Source of the DNA: a virus | Taxonomy: Duplodnaviria > Heunggongvirae > Uroviricota > Caudoviricetes | Reading direction: 5' to 3' (one strand) | Virus record (IMG/VR): IMGVR_UViG_2778261450_000006 | Coordinates: 1-41,586 of that record | DNA: 41,586 nucleotides | Shown here: positions 37,901 through 41,586 of the stretch, in pieces | Position numbering within the stretch: the first letter of the stretch is position 1 | Layout of the letters: each line of letters begins with the position of its first letter | The notes under the pieces: model-generated | Told to the model about the DNA's origin: nothing | What the model saw: the letters and a program-made list of their open reading frames with translations, nothing else | Databases searched by the model: none | Position numbers and translations under genes: made by a program

Positions 37901-38028
37901 AGACGCAGCCAGGACAAAGTGCGCAGGATATTGCGCGGGAGGTGGCACGCCAGCTTGATGAACGTGAACGCAGGCTGAAGGCAAAAGCCAGGAGTAACTA
38001 CAGCGATCAGGGGGGATACGACGCATGA
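34951..38028 (+). CDS. T: Tail tape measure protein (P2 gpT family)
   Basis: 1025 aa, coiled-coil N-terminal half, central hydrophobic Ala/Leu-rich block with tandem ~14-aa repeats, between E and U. Confidence 0.9.
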   Translation: MSDNNLRLQVILNAVDKLTRPFRVAQASSKELAGAIQNTRNSLKELNKQAGRIDEFRKTRSQLAITANNLNAAREEAAKLATQFAATNRPTAAQAKLFSQAKTRVQELQQTYNGLLGAVQRQRQALKESGIDTRQLSSAQRELKKNAEETRQALEGQQKALKRLGEQQARMNAAREQYSRRLEVRDRIAGAGATTTAAGLAMGAPVMAAVKSYTSMEDAMKGVAKQVNGLRDDNGNRTARFYEMQDAIKAASEQLPMENGAVDFAALVEGGARMNVANPDDSWEDQKRDLLAFASTAAKAATAFELPADELSESLGKIAQLYKIPTRNIEQLGDALNYLDDNAMSKGSDIIDVMQRLGGVADRLDYRKAAALGSTFLTLGAAPEVAASAANAMVRELSIATMQSKSFFEGMNLLKLNPEVIEKQMTKDAMGTIQRVLEKVNALPQDKRLSAMTMLFGKEFGDDAAKQANNLPELQRQLKLTAGNDALGSMQKESDINKDSLSAQWLLVKTGAQNTFSSLGETLRQPLMDILYTVKSITGALRRWVEANPELTGTLMKVAAVVAAVTVGLGTLAVALAAVLGPLAVIRLGFSVLGIKTLPSVTAAVTRTSSALSWLAGAPLALLRRGLASSGNAAGLLTAPLSSLRRTASLTGNVLKTVAGVPVALLRSGLSGLRAVAVMFMNPLAALRGGLAAAGAVLRVLASGPLAMLRVALYAVSGLLGALLSPIGLVVTALAGVALVVWKYWQPITAFLGGVVEGFKAAAGPISAAFEPLKPVFQWIGDKVQALWGWFTDLLTPVKSTSAELQSAAAMGRRFGEALAEGLNMVMHPLDSLKSGVSWLLEKLGIVSKEAAKAKLPESVTRQQPATVNADGKVMMPSGGFPSWGYGFAGMYDSGGYIPRGQFGIVGENGPEIVNGPANVTSRRNTAALAAVVAGMMGVAAAPAELPPLHPLALPAKGGEAMVSRAATVPPAQRIEAPTQIIIQTQPGQSAQDIAREVARQLDERERRLKAKARSNYSDQGGYDA

Positions 38029-38510
38029 TGATGGTGCTGGGATTGTACGTGTTTATGCTGCGCACTGTGCCGTATCAGGAACTGCAGTATCAACGCAGCT
38101 GGCGACATGCGGCAAACAGCCGGGTCAACCGACGTCCGTCCACGCAGTTTCTGGGACCGGACAACGACATGCTGACGCTTTCTGGTGTTCTTATGCCGGA
38201 GATAACAGGCGGCAGGCTGTCGTTGCTGGTACTGGAGCAGATGGCAGAACAGGGGAAAGCATGGCCCCTGATTGAAGGCAGCGGCACGATTTACGGCATG
38301 TATGTGATTGAGGGACTGAATCAGACTAAAACGGAGTTTTTCCGCGACGGTATGCCGCGCCGGATTGAGTTCACCCTGTCGCTCAAACGGGTGGATGAAT
38401 CCCTGTCCGATATGTTCGGTGATCTCAGTGCGCAACTGAATAATCTGCAGGACACGGCAACGTCTGCCTTAAGCGATATCAGTAAAACGGTGGGAGGGCT
38501 GCTGTCGTGA
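38025..38510 (+). CDS. U: Tail protein U (P2 gpU family)
   Basis: 161 aa, overlaps T stop. Confidence 0.9.
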   Translation: MMMVLGLYVFMLRTVPYQELQYQRSWRHAANSRVNRRPSTQFLGPDNDMLTLSGVLMPEITGGRLSLLVLEQMAEQGKAWPLIEGSGTIYGMYVIEGLNQTKTEFFRDGMPRRIEFTLSLKRVDESLSDMFGDLSAQLNNLQDTATSALSDISKTVGGLLS

Positions 38511-39607
38511 ATTTCAGCTCTGAACTGCTTAACAAAGGCAACAAAACTCCCGCATTCAGCATCAGTATTGAGGGCAGGGATATCACCACTGTGCTGGATA
38601 ACCGCCTGATGAGTTTGACGCTGACGGACAATCGGGGCTTTGAAGCAGACCAGCTTGATCTGGAGCTGGACGACGCCGACGGAAAAATCGTGCTGCCGCG
38701 CCGTGGTGCGGTTATTACGCTGGCGCTGGGCTGGAAGGGGCAGCCGCTTTTCCCGAAAGGGGCATTCACGGTGGACGAGATTGAACACACTGGCGCACCG
38801 GACCGCCTGACTATCCGGGCGCGAAGTGCTGATTTTCGTGAAACGCTGAATACCCGCCGTGAAAAGTCGTGGCACAAGACCACCGTTGGGGAAGTGGTGA
38901 AGGAAATAGCTGCACGGCACAAACTGAAGATGGCATTGGGTAAAGACCTGTCAGATAAACCCGTGGAACATATAGACCAGACCAATGAGAGTGACGGCAG
39001 TTTTCTGATGCGACTGGCGCGCCAGTACGGTGCTATTGCATCGGTGAAAAATGGCAATCTGTTATTCATCCGGCAGGGACAGGGCAAAAGCGCCAGCGGT
39101 AAACCACTGCCGGTGATCACTATCACGCGTAAGGACGGCGACAGTCACCGCTTTACCCTGGCAGATCGCGGAGCCTATACGGGCGTCATTGCCAGCTGGT
39201 TGCATACCCGCGAACCCGCGAAGAAAGAAAGCACCACGGTGAAGCGTAAGCGCAGAACTAAGAAGCAGAAGAAAGAGCCGGAAGCGAAGCAGGGCGATTA
39301 TCTGGTGGGGACGGATGAAAACGTGCTGGTACTTAATCGCACTTATGCCAACCGGAGCAACGCCGAACGAGCGGCGAAAATGCAGTGGGAACGCCTGCAA
39401 CGCGGTGTTGCGTCATTCTCGCTACAACTGGCGGAAGGTCGGGCAGATCTCTACACGGAAATGCCTGTGAAGGTCAGTGGCTTTAAACAGCCAATAGATG
39501 ATGCGGAATGGACCATTACGACTCTGACACATACCGTCAGCCCGGATAACGGTTTTACGACCAGTATTGAACTTGAAGTGAAAATTGGTGATCTTGAAAT
39601 GGAATAA
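38507..39607 (+). CDS. D: Tail protein D (P2 gpD family)
   Basis: GTG start overlapping U stop with GGGAGGG RBS; 366 aa. Confidence 0.9.
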   Translation: MNFSSELLNKGNKTPAFSISIEGRDITTVLDNRLMSLTLTDNRGFEADQLDLELDDADGKIVLPRRGAVITLALGWKGQPLFPKGAFTVDEIEHTGAPDRLTIRARSADFRETLNTRREKSWHKTTVGEVVKEIAARHKLKMALGKDLSDKPVEHIDQTNESDGSFLMRLARQYGAIASVKNGNLLFIRQGQGKSASGKPLPVITITRKDGDSHRFTLADRGAYTGVIASWLHTREPAKKESTTVKRKRRTKKQKKEPEAKQGDYLVGTDENVLVLNRTYANRSNAERAAKMQWERLQRGVASFSLQLAEGRADLYTEMPVKVSGFKQPIDDAEWTITTLTHTVSPDNGFTTSIELEVKIGDLEME

Positions 39608-39675
39608 ATGGTTCTCAATATTGATATTTTGTGTATCATTGCAATGATTCTGATAGCAAAGGTAGGGATCTGGAT

Positions 39676-39894
39676 ATGATGAATTGTCCAAAGTGTGGTC
39701 ATGCGGCGCACACAAGGAGCAGTTTTCAAGTAACAGAAAGCACCAAAGAGCGTTACTGCCAGTGCCAAAATATTAACTGCGGGAGCACTTTTGTTACCCA
39801 TGAAACAGTGGTCCGGTTTATTGTGACACCTGCAGTGATTGCCACAGCCCCTCCACATCCATTGCCAGGTGGTCAGGGCCATATGAATTTTTAA
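39676..39894 (+). CDS. ogr: Ogr/Delta-type zinc-finger late transcription activator
   Basis: MMNCPKCGHAAHTRSS ... CQCQNINCGSTF ... PHPLPGG resembles P2 Ogr; track ORF begins upstream at 39631. Confidence 0.85.
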   Translation: MMNCPKCGHAAHTRSSFQVTESTKERYCQCQNINCGSTFVTHETVVRFIVTPAVIATAPPHPLPGGQGHMNF

Positions 39895-39901
39895 GAAAGA
39901 G

Positions 39902-39922
39902 AACCTGCTACGGCAGGTTTTT
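39902..39922. terminator. Rho-independent terminator after ogr (possibly bidirectional)
   Basis: aacctgc-tacg-gcaggtt stem-loop followed by TTTATT; also closes the convergent minus-strand gene. Confidence 0.6.
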
Positions 39923-40403
39923 ATTCATCTGGGATCTCACCCGTTTCAAGAAAATGTATAAAGCCAGGCTCATCTATGATGATAGTGCCTTTCATCCTGG
40001 CTGCCGATACTTTTGATGGGCCTGCATTGTAACCGCAACAGAGCATCTGAAGGTTTTGGGTTACAGATGTTCTTACCGTTAATCCTTGTTCATTCGCCTT
40101 ATCAACCAACCTTTCTTTATCTGCTTTCTTAAATCCGGTGAAACACACATCGAATGTATTTTTTTTCGGACCTGACTGCTTAGTGAGATGTGAGTAGTTT
40201 TCGGGGAGGAATGACGCGCATTCCTGAATGGCTTGTTCTTGTGAATCGTATTGTTTAAGAATGCGGTCTTTTCGGAAGGTTTTTATTCGATCGGTGTTCT
40301 TACAAATGCCCTGTATGTGATTTTCGCTATAACTGATGCTCTGTATTGAGTGAACACCGATACGACCATTTGCATTGATGTAAACAAAGTGAAGTTCTTC
40401 CAT
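39921..40403 (-). CDS. Cargo protein with WYL-like N-terminal region and BRCT-like C-terminal domain
   Basis: 160 aa, AT-rich, between ogr and attL. N-terminal RIKTFRKDRI resembles the WYL signature; C-terminal CFTGFKKADKERLVDKANEQGLTV ... GTIIIDEPGFIHFL resembles a BRCT fold. Confidence 0.5.
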   Translation of the reverse strand: MEELHFVYINANGRIGVHSIQSISYSENHIQGICKNTDRIKTFRKDRILKQYDSQEQAIQECASFLPENYSHLTKQSGPKKNTFDVCFTGFKKADKERLVDKANEQGLTVRTSVTQNLQMLCCGYNAGPSKVSAARMKGTIIIDEPGFIHFLETGEIPDE

Positions 40404-40429
40404 GTCAAACCTCTTTGCATGATTTCAAG

Positions 40430-40468
40430 ATGGCGACAGGCAAGATGGACGCAAAAGTCTGTCGCCAT
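40430..40468. repeat. Inverted pair of CTGTCGCCAT (candidate integrase arm-type sites or hairpin) near attL
   Basis: atggcgacag (40430-40439) and ctgtcgccat (40459-40468); same motif as the direct repeats at 5529-5548. Confidence 0.4.
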
Positions 40469-40484
40469 TTTGCCGCCACTACCT

Positions 40485-40518
40485 AAGAAAAAGGGGCTAC
40501 GCTTTCACGTAACCCCTT
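40485..40518 (-). terminator. ssrA rho-independent terminator (supplied by the prophage side of attL)
   Basis: On the minus strand, 9 nt past the tmRNA 3' end: 11-bp stem (one G-U pair), 6-nt loop, then UUUUUCU. Confidence 0.55.
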
Positions 40519-40526
40519 GATTTATT

Positions 40527-40571
40527 TGGTGGAGCTGGCGGGAGTTGAACCCGCGTCCGAAATTCCTACAT
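40527..40571. repeat. 45-bp att core (3' end of ssrA), direct repeat of 5391-5435
   Basis: Exact 45/45 identity; it is the 3'-terminal 45 nt of the tmRNA gene. Confidence 0.9.
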
Positions 40572-40767
40572 CCTCGGTACTACATGCTTAGTCAGTCTTT
40601 ACATTCGCTTGCCAGCTGCGGACGGACACGCCACTAACAAACTAGCCTGATTAAGTTTTAACGCTTCAACCCCAGGCAGGGCTTCCACGCGATCTCTTTT
40701 GGGTTTGACCTCTCTTGATCCCCGTCCTAAGAGCGGAGGCTAGGGAGAGAGGGCTCTAAGCAGGTTA

Positions 40768-40800
40768 TTAAGCTGCTAAAGCGTAGTTTTCGTCGTTTGC
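40768..40800 (-). other. tmRNA tag-peptide reading frame (ANDENYALAA, stop)
   Basis: Minus-strand GCA AAC GAC GAA AAC TAC GCT TTA GCA GCT TAA inside ssrA. Confidence 0.9.
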
Positions 40801-40903
40801 GACTATTTTTTGCGGCTTTTTACGAGGCCAACCGCCCCTCGGCATGCACCTTGGGTTTCGCAAATCCCGTCGAATCCAGAATCAGCCCCAATGTGTAAAG
40901 GTA

Positions 40904-40909
40904 AGTATA
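40904..40909 (-). promoter_or_regulatory. Possible -10 element (TATACT) of the ssrA promoter
   Basis: TATACT on the minus strand ~15-20 nt upstream of the mature tmRNA 5' end; no convincing -35 found. Confidence 0.3.
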
Positions 40910-41103
40910 CCAGATTTATGAGCGCCATGACCAGCCTCAATGGCGTTATCGTTAAAGATTTAGCACCCATGTAGCCTGATTTTTATTCGATTAAGCAATG
41001 GGATGGCAACATTTGTGTCGGATGTGATAGCCAATAAGATGTTCATTCGCGCCGCCGGAGAGGGAGGCGCGGTGAGGAACTGGTCAATAATTGGAGTGCA
41101 GGT

Positions 41104-41586
41104 TTAACGGTGGGCGTTTTTCATGATACGTGCTTTATCCACCTGCCATTCGCGTTCTTTGATATCTGAACGTTTATCGTGCTGTTTTTTACCTTTGGCG
41201 ACGCCGATTTTCACTTTGCACCAGGCATTTTTCCAGTACAGGGAGAGCGCCACTACGGTATAGCCTTCTCGATTGACGCGACCGTACAATGAGTCCAGTT
41301 CGCGTTGGTTGAGAAGTAACTTGCGGGTACGGGTAGGATCGCACACCACATGCGTGGAGGCCACGGCCATTGGCGTGATGTTAGCGCCAAACAGAAATGC
41401 CTCTCCGTCACGCAGAAGGACGTAGCTGTCGCTGATATTGGCTTTTCCTGCGCGCAGGGATTTAACCTCCCAGCCTTGCAGGGCAAGTCCCGCTTCGAAC
41501 TCTTCTTCGATAAAGTATTCGTGACGGGCGCGCTTGTTAAGCGCGATGGTCGCTGAACCAGGTTTATGTGCTTTTTTCTTCGTCAT
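41104..41586 (-). CDS. smpB: SsrA-binding protein SmpB
   Basis: 160-aa product [58 protein letters not shown]... matches E. coli SmpB; start codon is the last three bases of the window. Confidence 0.95.

Larger units (their letters stand above)
5391..40571. mobile_element. P2/186-family prophage integrated in ssrA (probably cryptic: terminase nonsense codon)
   Basis: Bounded by 45-bp direct repeats; full P2-type synteny from int/cI through the structural genes to D and ogr; candidate cos; tum/dinI SOS operon as in 186. Confidence 0.85.
40527..40889 (-). ncRNA. ssrA: tmRNA (transfer-messenger RNA, SsrA)
   Basis: 363-nt minus-strand sequence matching E. coli ssrA as recalled (5' GGGGCTGATTCTGGATTCGACGGG ... 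3' GGTTCAACTCCCGCCAGCTCCACCA), including the tag ORF; located downstream of smpB. Confidence 0.95.

Noticed and set aside
1-41586. CRISPR arrays, IS elements/transposases, rRNA or tRNA genes
   Set aside because: No short regularly spaced direct repeats, no transposase-like ORFs with terminal inverted repeats, and no rRNA- or tRNA-like sequence found on reading; the only structured RNA gene is ssrA.

Overview
Enterobacterial (E. coli-like) chromosome at the smpB-ssrA locus carrying two tandem integrated elements. (1) A ~35-kb P2/186-family prophage (about 5391-40571) sits in the 3' end of ssrA (tmRNA), bounded by 45-bp direct repeats. It reads int, cI, apl, cII, early ORFs, dam-like methyltransferase, replication gene A, a LexA-boxed tum/dinI-like SOS operon, candidate cos, then Q P O N M L X Y K lysB/C R S V W J I H G, FI FII E T U D and ogr. 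Its terminase ATPase gene P carries an in-frame TAA, so the prophage is probably packaging-defective. It also has an invertible tail-fibre cassette with a Hin/Gin-family invertase. (2) Left of the displaced att copy is the end of a second island with a P4-type integrase (about 1-5390). Five AT-rich cargo loci look like accessory or defence candidates: an island pair of a histidine-kinase-like ATPase and a receiver-domain protein with an unknown C-terminal domain (1-3469); a membrane protein between attR and int (5551-6201); a HipA-like kinase plus HIRAN-domain pair between cos and the portal gene (15536-17187); an antisense PD-(D/E)xK-like protein with a zinc ribbon between S and V (25614-26600); and a WYL/BRCT-like protein between ogr and attL (39921-40403). 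All calls rest on reading the sequence and ORF track and on motifs recalled from memory; no database search was run, and cited lengths or sequences of reference P2/186 proteins are recollection, not lookup.
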